Shown here: in pieces, positions 11,430 to 22,500 of the stretch
Layout of the letters: each line of letters starts with the position of its first letter
Position numbering within the stretch: position 1 is the first letter of the stretch
NCBI GenBank assembly: GCA_937625935.1
Contig: OW569364.1
Span: forward strand, 441,257 to 505,256
Source: Tetramitus jugosus
Lineage: Eukaryota; Protista; Heterolobosea
Direction of reading: 5' to 3'
DNA length: 64,000 bases
Notes under the pieces: model-generated
Told to the model about the DNA's origin: nothing
Databases searched by the model: none
What the model saw: only the letters and a program-made list of their open reading frames with translations
Position numbers and translations under genes: made by a program

Positions 11430-11849
11430 ATGACTGCCAATAACGAAAGCTATCAACACGTAGGCGCCCAACCATACACCTACCAACAACAACCAAACTA
11501 TTATCAACCACAACAGCAACCACAATACGTCTACAGTGGTGCAGTTGATTCCACAAGTGCAGCAGTTACTACTAGTGGTGCTGGTTACTCTGCTTCCTAT
11601 GACCCAGTCAAGGCCAAGTCTGATGAAGACACTGCTTTGATTTTGCTTATTGTAAGCTTCTTCATTGGAGGTCTCATCCTTTGGCTCATCATCTACTTTA
11701 TGTACAAGAAGAGTCCATCTGATAAGGCAAGAATGTATGCAAAGATTGCTGGCATCTTGAGCATCTTGTCCATCATTCCATTTGTTCTGTCCATTGTGTG
11801 CATTATCATTTATGTGATTATTGTGATTGTGGCTGCTTCTCGTCATTGA
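11430..11849 (+). CDS. Small membrane protein with Q/Y/P-rich N-terminus
   Basis: 139 aa with two or three hydrophobic segments. AATAAA downstream at about 11887. Confidence 0.7.
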   Translation: MTANNESYQHVGAQPYTYQQQPNYYQPQQQPQYVYSGAVDSTSAAVTTSGAGYSASYDPVKAKSDEDTALILLIVSFFIGGLILWLIIYFMYKKSPSDKARMYAKIAGILSILSIIPFVLSIVCIIIYVIIVIVAASRH

Positions 11850-11969
11850 GCATCACCATTACCTGTTTGTTTTCATAAGAATTAATAATAAATATGTATG
11901 ATGAGATGTATCAATCGTAAGTGTTGTTCGTGCCAGGTCTGAGCGGTTGCATCCATGGATGTGCACAAA

Positions 11970-12089
11970 AGCCTACATTACTGAGGGTTCTCGAGTAGTC
12001 TCCTATCTCAATACTAACTCAGCCAGATGGTGCTTAACTTCTCTATTCGAAATGGGAAGAGGTGGTTCCACCATTGTATGAACGTAGAC
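11970..12089 (-). rRNA. 5S rRNA, copy 1
   Basis: Reverse complement reads GTCTACGTTCATAC...CCCATTTCGAATAGAGAAGTTAAGC...GAGTTAGTATTGAGATAGGAGAC...GAACCCTCAGTAATGTAGGCT, about 120 nt. Terminal stem GTCTAC/GTAGGC, followed by a TTTT Pol III terminator. Confidence 0.95.
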
Positions 12090-12129
12090 ACAGAAAGTTA
12101 AAATGTACCTGAACAGTGTCGAGCGGAGA

Positions 12130-13484
12130 AAAACGCAGAAAAAAACGGAATCACATGTCTGGTGATTCAACAAATTTGGTGAAGGAATACGGCAACAGCC
12201 GTTATGCAGTGTGGACCACTGCACGGAAAGGCTCTAGGCCAAGTGACAGAGAGGTGGTCATTACTGGCAACGGTAATGGTGTCTCTCAGTCATCTTTGGC
12301 AAGAAAGATAGGAGAGGAGTTTGGTGACTGGCTCAACCGAGTCCAGGTCATCAAGAGGAAAGGCCAGCAACGCTTTGTTGCATGGGTGACGGTCAAGGGT
12401 GACCGCATCTATGACTTTGTTGAGTTGTTCAACAAAGAGAGGAGGATTGGCAACAGCACTGCTGCACCCAAGCGCAGTGTTGATTGCACAAGAAAGGTGG
12501 TCGTCCATGGCATGAAGAACATGTCAGTGGACGACATCAAGAAGCTACTGGGGCCTGAGAAGGTTGCCAGTGTGCTCAAGAAGCGTGACACTGCTTTCGT
12601 GGTCATGGGTGACGAAACCTATGCACGAGCAGTACTCAGTGGAGAGAACAAGGTAAAGGCCACGGTCACTCGATACGTCGAGAGACCACATGATCCTCTC
12701 AAGGCTGTCAACAAGAGGTTGACGAAGATGTACGAGGAGCTGCTGACGGTGGTTGACGGACTGCGTCGACAGGTCACAGAACTCACCAAGGAATTAGTAA
12801 AGACAAAGGGTCAAGGGGGCAACAAACCGGTACCAATGCCGGAACAAGTAGTTGCCCAAGCCACTGCTAGGATGGAGACCACTCCTGAGCTATTGGAGGT
12901 AGAAGAACAGAGGACTGTAGCAACACCACTGCCATCAGTGCCTGTTGTACAGCTCAGTGCTGAGAACCGGCAGATTCTGGAGCAAGTGAATGCCACTTCT
13001 CCAGTGTTCGCCAGAGTGAAAAAGGAAATTGCTGCATTGGCGCTGGCTGCTGCACGCAAAAGGTATGGTTTGACTGAGGACGAACCAGTCATTGTGGATG
13101 TGGATGATGACTCCGAAAAGGAGATTCAGAGTCCACAACTCAATGACAACAAGAAGAGGAGTGCCAGGATCACACTGGGTGATCTGATGAGCAACAAGGC
13201 CCAAAACAAGAAAAAAACAACAGATGGCTCTGTGTCCATCGACGGTCCTACTACAAGGTTACACCCTTTGATGAAGGGCATCAACCAAAACACTCACCAG
13301 AGTGATTATTCCAACCTGTAGATGCACCGTCGGGGACAACAAGAGAAGAAGAGTGAATGACGCCCTACGGGTCGTCACTCACAAAACAAGTCAATAAATG
13401 AGCAATCGTGTGCTTGCTGCGCAAGCACGCAAGCACACATGGTTGTATGGAACAAAAAAAAAAAAAAACAAAAAAAAAAAAAAA
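12130..13484 (+). mobile_element. ORF1-only (non-autonomous) non-LTR retroelement upstream of 5S copy 1
   Basis: TSD CAGTGTCGAGCGGAGA at 12114-12129 and 13485-13500. AATAAA, 3' hairpin, GTTGTATGG and poly(A) at about 13451-13484. Visibly more GC-rich than host genes. Confidence 0.85.
12155..13321 (+). CDS. ORF1p-like protein (RRM-like segments, coiled coil, disordered tail), 388 aa
   Basis: ATG 12155. KVVVHGM..DTAFVVMG RRM-like motifs and heptad LKAVNKRLTKMYEELLTVVDGLRRQVTELTKEL. No RT or endonuclease motifs. Confidence 0.7.
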   Translation: MSGDSTNLVKEYGNSRYAVWTTARKGSRPSDREVVITGNGNGVSQSSLARKIGEEFGDWLNRVQVIKRKGQQRFVAWVTVKGDRIYDFVELFNKERRIGNSTAAPKRSVDCTRKVVVHGMKNMSVDDIKKLLGPEKVASVLKKRDTAFVVMGDETYARAVLSGENKVKATVTRYVERPHDPLKAVNKRLTKMYEELLTVVDGLRRQVTELTKELVKTKGQGGNKPVPMPEQVVAQATARMETTPELLEVEEQRTVATPLPSVPVVQLSAENRQILEQVNATSPVFARVKKEIAALALAAARKRYGLTEDEPVIVDVDDDSEKEIQSPQLNDNKKRSARITLGDLMSNKAQNKKKTTDGSVSIDGPTTRLHPLMKGINQNTHQSDYSNL

Positions 13485-13511
13485 CAGTGTCGAGCGGAGA
13501 TGTCTCAAGAC

Positions 13512-13599
13512 AACTCAACGAACACAAGAAGCGTTCAGCACGCTGCCGCAACGTGGTGCGTGGGCACCATTTGTTGTATTAAAAACAAAAAAGTAAAAA
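13512..13599 (+). mobile_element. 88-bp heavily 5'-truncated retroelement remnant (older insertion at the same 5S site)
   Basis: 17-bp TSD CGGAGATGTCTCAAGAC at 13495-13511 and 13600-13616. Ends GCAAC-hairpin-GTTGTATT followed by a decayed A-rich tail. Confidence 0.8.
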
Positions 13600-13901
13600 C
13601 GGAGATGTCTCAAGACTTCCCACCACAAGAATACAGTAAGGTGAATAGCTTTGCCGACCAGTGCACAAGAACATCGAAGGACAAAACAGTAACCACCCCT
13701 CGCGGGATTTTTCTTGAAACAAATAAGGAAAATTGCTGTAGTGGTTGCTTATTACTCATTGCCTGAGATACAACAAAAGAGATGGCAAGGATGAAATGTT
13801 CCGTTTTTATTATGGTTTTGTGGAACTTGAGGGATCAAGCCCTCATTCATTGCTTGTGGAACATTTTTGGTTGGAACTACAATTATCGCAAAGTGCACTT
13901 C

Positions 13902-14900
13902 ATGGAGCCGATCACTGAAATTTGTTCTGCTCTTTGCACGGATACCTGGTCAAAAGTCATTGAGTTTTGTGACACTCGAGAATGGTTGCAATTGAGTTAC
14001 ACTTGCAAAGGAATCAATCAATTTAAATTCAATCGATGGCTCATGTCCAACAAGAAGAGAAGGCTAAAACGAGGTTTGGAAGAGAAAGAAATTGAACACT
14101 TTTTTCGATTAGGAAAAGGAACACTGTTTAATGTTTGCTTGGCCTTGCGTCAGAATGTGGTGGATGAACATTTTCAATATTTGGAAGGCATTCACACGCT
14201 CTCTATGGGTGGTTGCAAGCGGATTACGGACAGTGCTTTTGCTCACTTGACTGGTATCCATACACTCTCTATGGTTGGCTGCAAACAAATCCCAGACCAT
14301 GCGTTTGTTCATCTGGCTGGCATTCATACGCTCCACATCGGTGGTTGCAAACAAATTACAGACGAGACATTTTCTTACTTGTCTGGCATTCATACGCTCT
14401 ACATGAGTGGTTGCCACCAAGTCACTGACCATGCATTTTCTCATTTGGCTGGAATACATTCACTCCACTTCGCAGGTTGCAAGCAAATCACGGATGATGC
14501 ATTTCCATACTTGTCTGGCATTCACACACTCTCTATGGGTGGTTGTGAGAATATTACAGACAATGCCTTCACTTATTTAACTGGCATTCACACACTCTCT
14601 ATAGGTCGTTGCAAACAAATCACCGATAATGCTTTTACTCATTTGGTTGGTATTCACACACTTAATATGAGTTATTGTACGAGCATCACAGACAATGCAT
14701 TTCAGTATTTGACTGGCGTTCAGAGACTTACAATGGATGGATGTGATCAAGAATCCATCACAGAGAAAGGATTCCTTTTCTTGAAGGGTATTCACACACT
14801 TCGTTGGTATCGTAGCCGAAGAGACAATGCCTTTAAAAAGAAAGTGATTGGTTATTGCGAGTCCAGTTCGATAGCTCTTTATGGCATGGATGGGGAATGA
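13902..14900 (+). CDS. F-box-like / leucine-rich-repeat protein with about ten 22-aa repeats
   Basis: Tandem 66-bp repeats with consensus GIHTLxMxGCKQITDxAFxxLx, about 14185-14810. Degenerate F-box LCTDTWSKVIEF near the N-terminus. Confidence 0.85.
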   Translation: MEPITEICSALCTDTWSKVIEFCDTREWLQLSYTCKGINQFKFNRWLMSNKKRRLKRGLEEKEIEHFFRLGKGTLFNVCLALRQNVVDEHFQYLEGIHTLSMGGCKRITDSAFAHLTGIHTLSMVGCKQIPDHAFVHLAGIHTLHIGGCKQITDETFSYLSGIHTLYMSGCHQVTDHAFSHLAGIHSLHFAGCKQITDDAFPYLSGIHTLSMGGCENITDNAFTYLTGIHTLSIGRCKQITDNAFTHLVGIHTLNMSYCTSITDNAFQYLTGVQRLTMDGCDQESITEKGFLFLKGIHTLRWYRSRRDNAFKKKVIGYCESSSIALYGMDGE

Positions 14901-15209
14901 CAGGATAAATACATTATCAGTACAGTAAAAGAGAACCAGCAACAGATCCAATGGCAACTTGGTTTATATTCGAGGTAGTTTCAGAGTGTGCTTGGTTGAG
15001 GTACACTTAATATCAACCTTATTCAGAACTCAAGTGGGTCTCCTTATGTTCCTCTCCTCTTCTCTCCCAATGTGTACTCAGATCCTAGAATCACAGCTCT
15101 TTGGGTCACAGATTTGATCACATTCACTTTGATGATATGCACTACAAGAATCGATCTCATCTGATCATTTTGACGGAGCTCCACAAATGCAGTCCAGTGA
15201 GAATGCAAA

Positions 15210-15329
15210 AGCCTACATTACTGAGGGTTCTCGAGTAGTCTCCTATCTCAATACTAACTCAGCCAGATGGTGCTTAACTTCTCTATTCGAAATGGGAAGA
15301 GGTGGTTCCACCATTGTATGAACGTAGAC
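15210..15329 (-). rRNA. 5S rRNA, copy 2 (identical to copy 1)
   Basis: Same 120-nt sequence as 11970-12089, with a TTTT terminator. Flanks are unrelated to copy 1. Confidence 0.95.
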
Positions 15330-15367
15330 ATTAACAATGAGTTTGAGAAATTGCTGACATTTTTTAT

Positions 15368-16529
15368 AGCACACACAAACGCTCATTCGGTCGAGCATTT
15401 TCCAATCCAACAATCGTCTTCGTGAGGCCAAGCATTCATACTTGGTATGGTGCGCCAAACTCCTCCACAGTGCGGAGGTAATCGTGAGCCAAAAGAGCGG
15501 TCACGAATGCGAGAAGTGCAGCATCGGTTGGCATCTCCCCTCAGGAGATGCCAAGCTGCTCTTGAAGAGTGGAATCACGAAAAACTCGCAACTGTTCGAT
15601 GAGGATGGAATAATGGTCATTAAACTGGAGGAGGCCAAGAAGAAGTTCAAGCTGAAAGGAGTCGGTCCTGCAAGGTACTCTAGGATAAAGGCCTACATGG
15701 AGCTCCTTGGAAAACCATGTGAAGAAAGTTGGAGGAAGCAGAGAGCAATGAAAGATGCCGTAGAAGTGACGGCAGATGGCAGTGTTCTCAGCAATCCCAA
15801 TGTAAGAGAAGGTTTGATGGAACATTTCGCGCAAGTAAGAGCTGAGTCTATAAAATCAGATGGAAACTGGAAGTTAGAAGCTGAACTGCAGAAGGATAAG
15901 GAGTGGAATGAGTCCTTGAAGTGCCCTTTCGGTCTAGAAAGAGGTGAGTTGTGGTTTTATCACCAAGTCCGGAGTGGCACCCTGCACACAAAGACTGTAG
16001 TACGAGATCTGTATGAACCACTGATGGAAACCATGTGTGCTCATTGCAAGAGCGAACCGGAGACGATACTACACCTCTTGGTGGAGTGTGAAGAAGCCAA
16101 AAGAGCAAGAAGCGAACTAGTGGAAGAATTCAAGGTTTCATTGAACAAACTGGAGTTTATGAGACCAGCCAAGCTCAATCTCTGGTTTGACAATGCGGTG
16201 TACGATGATGGCAAAATGCTACCTCGGATCCCCAGTCGAACATCGGAAGAGCTGCTGGCAGGACTAATGGGTAAAGAAGAGGACCAGAAGGAGGTACTGA
16301 TGAAGGAAATGGTAGTATATGGCCGCAAGAAGCGGGAAACAAAAGTGAAAAGATTGGTAAATGCAATGAAAAGATCTTGCATCAAACGAATGTACAAAGT
16401 CTGGAAAGACTCGCTAGCGAAGAGACATGCACAATAGCTCAGAACCTGCGGTTCTGAGCGACGACATGTCTCATAGTAGTGTATTGAATAAAGTGGCAAC
16501 AACTGTTGTATGGAAAAAAAAAAAAAAAA
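15368..16529 (+). mobile_element. 5'-truncated L1/Tx1-like non-LTR retrotransposon upstream of 5S copy 2
   Basis: TSD GCTGACATTTTTTAT at 15353-15367 and 16530-16544. Frame open from 15370 to the stop at 16437, with the C-terminal zinc knuckle CAHC..ETILHLLVEC. Ends GAATAAAGTGGCAAC..GTTGTATGG then poly(A). Confidence 0.9.
15370..16437 (+). pseudogene. C-terminal fragment of LINE ORF2p (zf-RVT/CCHC region; RT and EN lost by truncation)
   Basis: CxxC-x4-ETxxHLLxEC is typical of L1-clade ORF2 C-termini. There is no natural start, and the frame begins at the TSD junction. Confidence 0.85.
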
Positions 16530-16791
16530 GCTGACATTTTTTATGGAACAACGATGGGACTGTAGAACGTGCTCTTCGAATGAAGGGCCACGAAAAACGG
16601 AGTGAGACAAGAGTTATCGCATCGAAAGGCCCACAGCTTCGCAGTCTTTTTGCTAAACAAGGAAGAAGTACAGAGCAAGTTCGCGTCGTGTTCAAAAAGA
16701 GAATTATTGTGTCATGAGGAAAGACTTACGGCAAAATAGAGCCATACTTTAAACAGTCAATTAATTACTTATAACGACAAGCAATGTTACG

Positions 16792-17184
16792 CTACAATTT
16801 TTGTTTGTCCACAACAGGTCTGATGAAGCCCCACCAGGCGGTCGTTATCGCCCCCACAATCAATGAAACAACATAAAATCCAATACCATTCGGGTGAGCC
16901 TCGCGGTAATTCCCTCTCAAGAATGTTCCCATATGAACCAAGGTGTAAACGCCGTTGGCACGAATAATGAGCTTCTTTTGTTGTGCTGGTGCTTTCAAAC
17001 CTGCAAAACACAAGTATGCCACTATCGCATCACCACTTGCCAAAGCTTGAACCCAAAGTTCAGCTGAAGGAGTTGGGATCCCTCCAAAGTATATAATCGT
17101 GTGAGCCGGTGCTAACAAGTACAGCAAGGTCGAGAAGGTGGCCAAGCTGCCCCAGACACAAAAAAACAAGTTGATTGCTTTCAT
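16792..17184 (-). CDS. Small four-TM membrane protein of unknown function
   Basis: 130 aa with about four hydrophobic helices. AAAAAATG start context. Confidence 0.65.
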   Translation of the reverse strand: MKAINLFFCVWGSLATFSTLLYLLAPAHTIIYFGGIPTPSAELWVQALASGDAIVAYLCFAGLKAPAQQKKLIIRANGVYTLVHMGTFLRGNYREAHPNGIGFYVVSLIVGAITTAWWGFIRPVVDKQKL

Positions 17185-17195
17185 TTTTTTCTTCT

Positions 17196-19327
17196 TTACA
17201 TGTTGGGTTCGTGACGTACATCAGTATCTCTTCGAACCAGGAATTCAGGTTCCACAGCCTCATGTTCTTCCCAATATTTCTTTGTGTCTTCCAGGTAGTT
17301 GAGAATAAATTTCATCTGTGGTAGCATTTTGGAGAAGGATTGAAACATGGGGATCACAAGATAATTCACAAATGCAATCTGACCCTTTCCCATGTTGGCC
17401 TTTGTGCGGTCCATGAGTGGAGTGACAGGTAGTTCCAACTCTCTTTCTTTGTCGCCTTGAAGATAGAACTCATCTACAATTCTCTGGGCCCACTTCAAGT
17501 AGAGATGGGTTGGTCGACTGGTATTGTTCACATCGGCAACCTTGATTATTATTTGCAGAATTAGTCTAATGTCTTCCTTCTTCTTGTAATTGATGCCATT
17601 TTCTAGTTTTCCCTTGAACTTGGCAACAAGTTTAGCGTGTCTACCCATGTCTGTAGCTAACACCACATCAATGACAGTATCTCTAATTTCTTTCCTCTTT
17701 TCTCCTGATAGTCCTGAGAAGATGTTGAATTGAGGCGATTTCATCAGTTCGAATGATTGAGCAGAGTGATGATTTTCTAGGATGGAACGATCATTGTAAA
17801 GAGTAGCGAGATAAGACTTGGCATTCACTAAGAAAGCATTGTTCAGTCCTGGATGATCATAGTCATGAATGATTGCGGACAACAGAACAGAGAATATTTC
17901 TTCATCCTTAAGGAACTCGGATGCTCCTCCCTTTGCAATTGTGTAATGAACAACTTGCAAAACATCTGCAGCATGCATGGAGTTGTGATACGGGTTTGGA
18001 TGATAGCCCGATTCGACTTCCTTCAAAAAATTAATCAACACTTGTTCGGGGATGTTAAACTTGTTCACGAAGTCATACTTGACCATCAATGTGTAAGCAG
18101 TGACGAATAGAACATGGCCATTAGTATACTCATCAATTGCAAAAACGTCAAAGTCCCAATCATCCACTCTATCGAATGTTTCTAATATTGCTTGCTTGTC
18201 TTTGCTTATTTCTGCATTTTCGGAATCCCACTGAGATCTAGGAATTAGAGCAACTACATCTGTCTCCTTCGTTGTTCGAGCTTCAGAGGATGGAACTGAG
18301 AACTTGCTTTTCAGATATCCCATTACTTCCATATCTACAACATTGTCGATGGAATTGGAGAATTGTACGTCCCATTGTTCTTCGTTACACAGGATATTGA
18401 CAACTTGATTGAAACTTTTTTGCTCGTTTTCTGTAATTGCATTGTTGGCAATCAGTTTGCTCTTAATTTCGGTCAAAAACTTTAGGATCTTATCAGCGGG
18501 AACACCTACTAGATTGCTGTCTTGCTGTTCATTAATGTGCTTGACTTCTTCAGTAGTATTCGATGGTTGAGCAGGTGTGGTTTCTTTCTCAGGAAACTTT
18601 GAGTTTTGAGGTTCTCTTATTGTTGGTTTCTGAGGTTCAAAGTCGTCCATTAACTCTTCCTCTTCATAATCTTCTCCATTCTCAAGAGCTAGAATTCTGT
18701 TTTCATATTCTTTGATATCGGCTTCCAGTTTAACAATTTTCTCTGAACCGAGTCGAGCAGAGTAGAATTGATAGAGAGGACTTAGAAAGACGCTCGAGAT
18801 TCTATGATAGGGATTTTCAACCTTGTTCAGCACGAGCTTCAGATTTGTTGTTCCAATCGTAACAAAGTTGAATTCGAGGTTGAGTTTACAGATGGATCCT
18901 TCTTCGGTCTGGTCCAACTCCAAAGCAACCTTGTTGTTGAAGAATGAGTGCTTCAGAGCATTGAGAAATTGCCAGGTGGAGATGGTTCCATTGACATTTA
19001 ATCTGTCCCTCTAAATTCACAATAATATGTCAACAAGTGACTCAATAATGACAAGAGCAACCAAAAACATACAGTTTCAATCAATTCATCCTCCAGAACA
19101 AACTTTTCATAGTAATTTGCGTCATTGTCCACACATGCAAAAACCATGCTTCTAAAGTCTGATGGAACGTGAGCTGTACATAGAAAAGCATTCTTGTCCA
19201 CAAACGCCTCCGTAAATAGTGGTGGAAGAGTGGCCAAATAGGAATTGAATCGAGCTCCTTCCTTGTCTGTTATCTCTTCACCATTCATGTGATTCACAAT
19301 ATCAATTTTACTGTTTCCACATCCCAT
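17196..19327 (-). CDS. Class I 3',5'-cyclic nucleotide phosphodiesterase with N-terminal acylation motif, 2 exons (intron 19011-19072)
   Basis: MGCGNSK start, YHNSMHAADV, HDYDHPGLNNAFL, LENHH, ATDM, EFYLQGDKERE. The splice gives in-frame IET|RDRL. Confidence 0.92.
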
Positions 19328-19502
19328 GTTTTATTAGGTATAGTCGGTGTTGTTATTTGTTATTTGTGATTGTTGTTGAACGAGTAGCAAATTGGAACTG
19401 TACAGAGCGGGTAGTTTGACTTCGACTCCGAAGGGACTTTCGTAGACGGCGAAGCTCAGAAGACAACGGCTATGAGTTTTGGCGGCGCAAAAGGCCAAAA
19501 GC

Positions 19503-22500
19503 TCATTTGAGAAGCAGTTTCACTGCAACCGCAACAGACACCAGACCAAGAAATCCTATGATGGACCATGTTAGGATTCGGAGCAAAGAGTTTGTTGAGC
19601 TTGCAACTTGTTGTTGATATGTGAAGAGATCTGCGGTTGACAGAGGCTCAAATGGTGCTCTGTTTTGCGCCTTCATTCCCGTTGATTCTTCATGTGCTGT
19701 TCTACGATCTTTCTGTTTCTGCTCTTGCTTTGAGGTTTCTATTTGATACAGAATCTGGTGCAGAACCTCATTATCAATACTATGCTTGTAGATATCTGAT
19801 TTGTGCTTGTACCATTCTTGTAACTGTTGCTCAAAGTCTTCTCTGTGTCTGATTTTGGCCTTGGAACTCTTGTCTGTTGATACAGACATGTTGAACAGGA
19901 TATTGTTCAACTCGAGCTCAAATAATGTTGTTTGTAACTTGTAGGCTCTCACATTGTTTTGCAACTCTTCTAATGATCGAATAATGCGATTTTGCCTTGG
20001 CACAACAATGAATACACATAAAATACAAAGGCAGGTGATGATCCATACAGGTATGTTCACAGATCCAACCAACTTGTCAGGGATACTCATCATGAAGCCC
20101 AATGCGTCTGCGAGAAGGCTGGATAATGTTGCCTCCTCAATAGATGTAGTTGCAGAAGCTGTCGAGGTTGCTGTAAATGAAGGAGGTAGAACTTGCTGAA
20201 TTGTTGGAGTCGCTGATGCCCGAGGAGTGACATGGATAGCAGCACTAGAAGATTTCTTTCGATCTTTCTTCGTAGCTGTTGCCGCTTTCTTGGAGGACTT
20301 ACTCGATGGTTTACGATTTGCTTTGCTCGATGAAGACTTCTTCTTCTCACGCTTTGCTTGAGATAACAATTGTCCCTTGCCCTTTGCATCTAAAACGGCA
20401 GCTTTTGCTTGTTCGTACCACAGGCAGTATGAAGATGATGTTTCCTTGAATGCAGAATCTTCAATCTTCCATCTCAGAAGAGTGGACTTGATGAACATGA
20501 CACCTAGTTCAATTCGGACTGAACATGTATTTGGCTCCGCGCCATCCTTGACATAGATATAGATAATGATACGGAAACAATCTGCATATGGTACATCCAA
20601 ACTATGCATATTACTCTGAATAACAAATCCGTGACTGTCTTTAGCCAGTGTGAGCCGTTGGACCATCTTAATACGCGTGATCTTTGGACCTATGGGATTA
20701 CTCACGGGGCTCATGAAGGAAATGTCTCTTGTCTTTCCGATGCCATCAGATGAATCCAACCATGAGGACACTTGGAAGTCAGTATCACCTCGCGTCACAT
20801 GATGTTGCTGTTCAAAGGGAGAACCATCAGCAGTAATCAAGAAAAAGAAATCTTTGGCAGAGCATGGCAAAGTCTCATTCACAATATCTTTTGGCTTAAA
20901 TTTGTCTTTTGCGGGGAAAGTGTCACTCGTAGGTACTGCATTCAAATCGAGAATGTCACTAGGTTCATAATTGTGTTGATTTCCCGGAACATCTTCCTCT
21001 GGTTCTTCGCTCTGTGAACCTTCCTCTGGTTCATCTTCTGCGTGACTACTCTTCGGCTTTTTGCCCTCGTCATCTTCTCCATCTTCATCCCCACCAGCAT
21101 CACCGCCACTTCCATTGCTTTGTTTCTTTCGATCTTTTGAGTTACCCTTGGAGGATTCTCCACTTGTGTTATTCTTTGAAGCAGAACCGTTTGCGGACAC
21201 AGTCACATTTTCTTCTCCGGATGACTTGTTTGAGAATGTCATTCCCTTGGGAGCACTTCGAGGAGTAGTTCCCATCAGAGGGTGCTCTCTACGGCCAGAT
21301 TCACTCGGATACAGAGTATTCTCGTGAGGCACATGGTTTGTATCTACGTGGAGCTTTCTTGGTGCTTCAGACAAAGTTTCCTTTGAGTATTCGCTAGGTG
21401 ACACAACTGATGATGTTGAGACGAGCTCAGAGTCAGTTTCAACTTCAGTCTCCAATTCGGACTCCTCTTCGTTTGCTGTTGTATCAGTTGTTAAGTCTTC
21501 GGTGTCCTTCAGCACAACAACTTCGGTTTCTTCGTCTTTTGACTCGTCATTCAGATCTTGAGGCTCTACCTTTTCGACAATTTCAGTCTCAACTTCTTCT
21601 AATTGTGTGTCACTATCATCATCGTCATCTTCGCCATCTTCTGTTTCTTCTGACTCACTCTCTTCGTCGTCATTGTCTTCCTCCTCCTCTTCTGCTTCAT
21701 CATCAGAATTTCTCAACGGATCAGTAAATGTGTCCTGCATTGTATCTATACTGACGTTTCCATCTTTTATCATCTCTCTTCGTTCGAGTTGCTTCTCGTT
21801 ATGAAGACTCCACAGAGCTTCCAAAATCTTAAATGTCTGGTCTCTGAACACAAAGGATCCAAAAAAGTGTACTTGACCATCCTTGCACACAAATTCAATC
21901 GCATTTGGAACAACGATCGCAGTATACTTTTTCTCCAGCAACAGAATGCTAGAGAAGGGAATGGCAAGGTTGGTCTTGTAACCAAAAATGTTTGAAGTAA
22001 AGCATACATAGTTTTGAGAAATGTACATTCTTCCTTGATTGGGCATTCTCCTGTAATATGCACAATACACCTCTACATAAGTTACAATAAAAAGTGTGAG
22101 TTCAACTAACAATAATCTCTTTAAAGAAATGTTAGTAACATCGGGAGCTTCATCTGATAAACTTACCTTCTACAACCTTCTCTGTTGGAGGAACATTGAA
22201 CAATGATAGGAAATACTTGTTTCTCTCTTGATTCAACTGTGGTGTCGAACTGAGTGCCAACTCATTGGGATCAATGTCCAACAATACCAATTCATCATCT
22301 ACATTTTGTTCCATAATGGATTCTTCATGATGAACGTGAGTGCCTTCATCTTCCTCCTCTTCTTCTTCTTGCTCATCCTCACTTTTCTTGTGATCAAAGT
22401 ATTCGTCATTCATACGATGATTAGAGAGATCAACTGAAGCAGCAGCAGCAGCAGGAATCATAAAATCTTCCAAGAGTGGATCATTGACTTCCACTTGTGC

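Noticed and set aside
12003-12224. ORFs 12003-12224 and 15243-15458 sharing the peptide VYVHTMVEPPLPISNREVKHHLAELVLR
   Set aside because: These are translations of the two identical 5S rRNA genes, not proteins.
13398-13766. Lys-rich ORFs with a repeated EMSQD
   Set aside because: They read through poly(A) tails and the 17-bp TSD.
15129-15165. Box C/D snoRNA (TGATGA...CTGA)
   Set aside because: The boxes are only about 35 nt apart with no clear guide, so it is too short.
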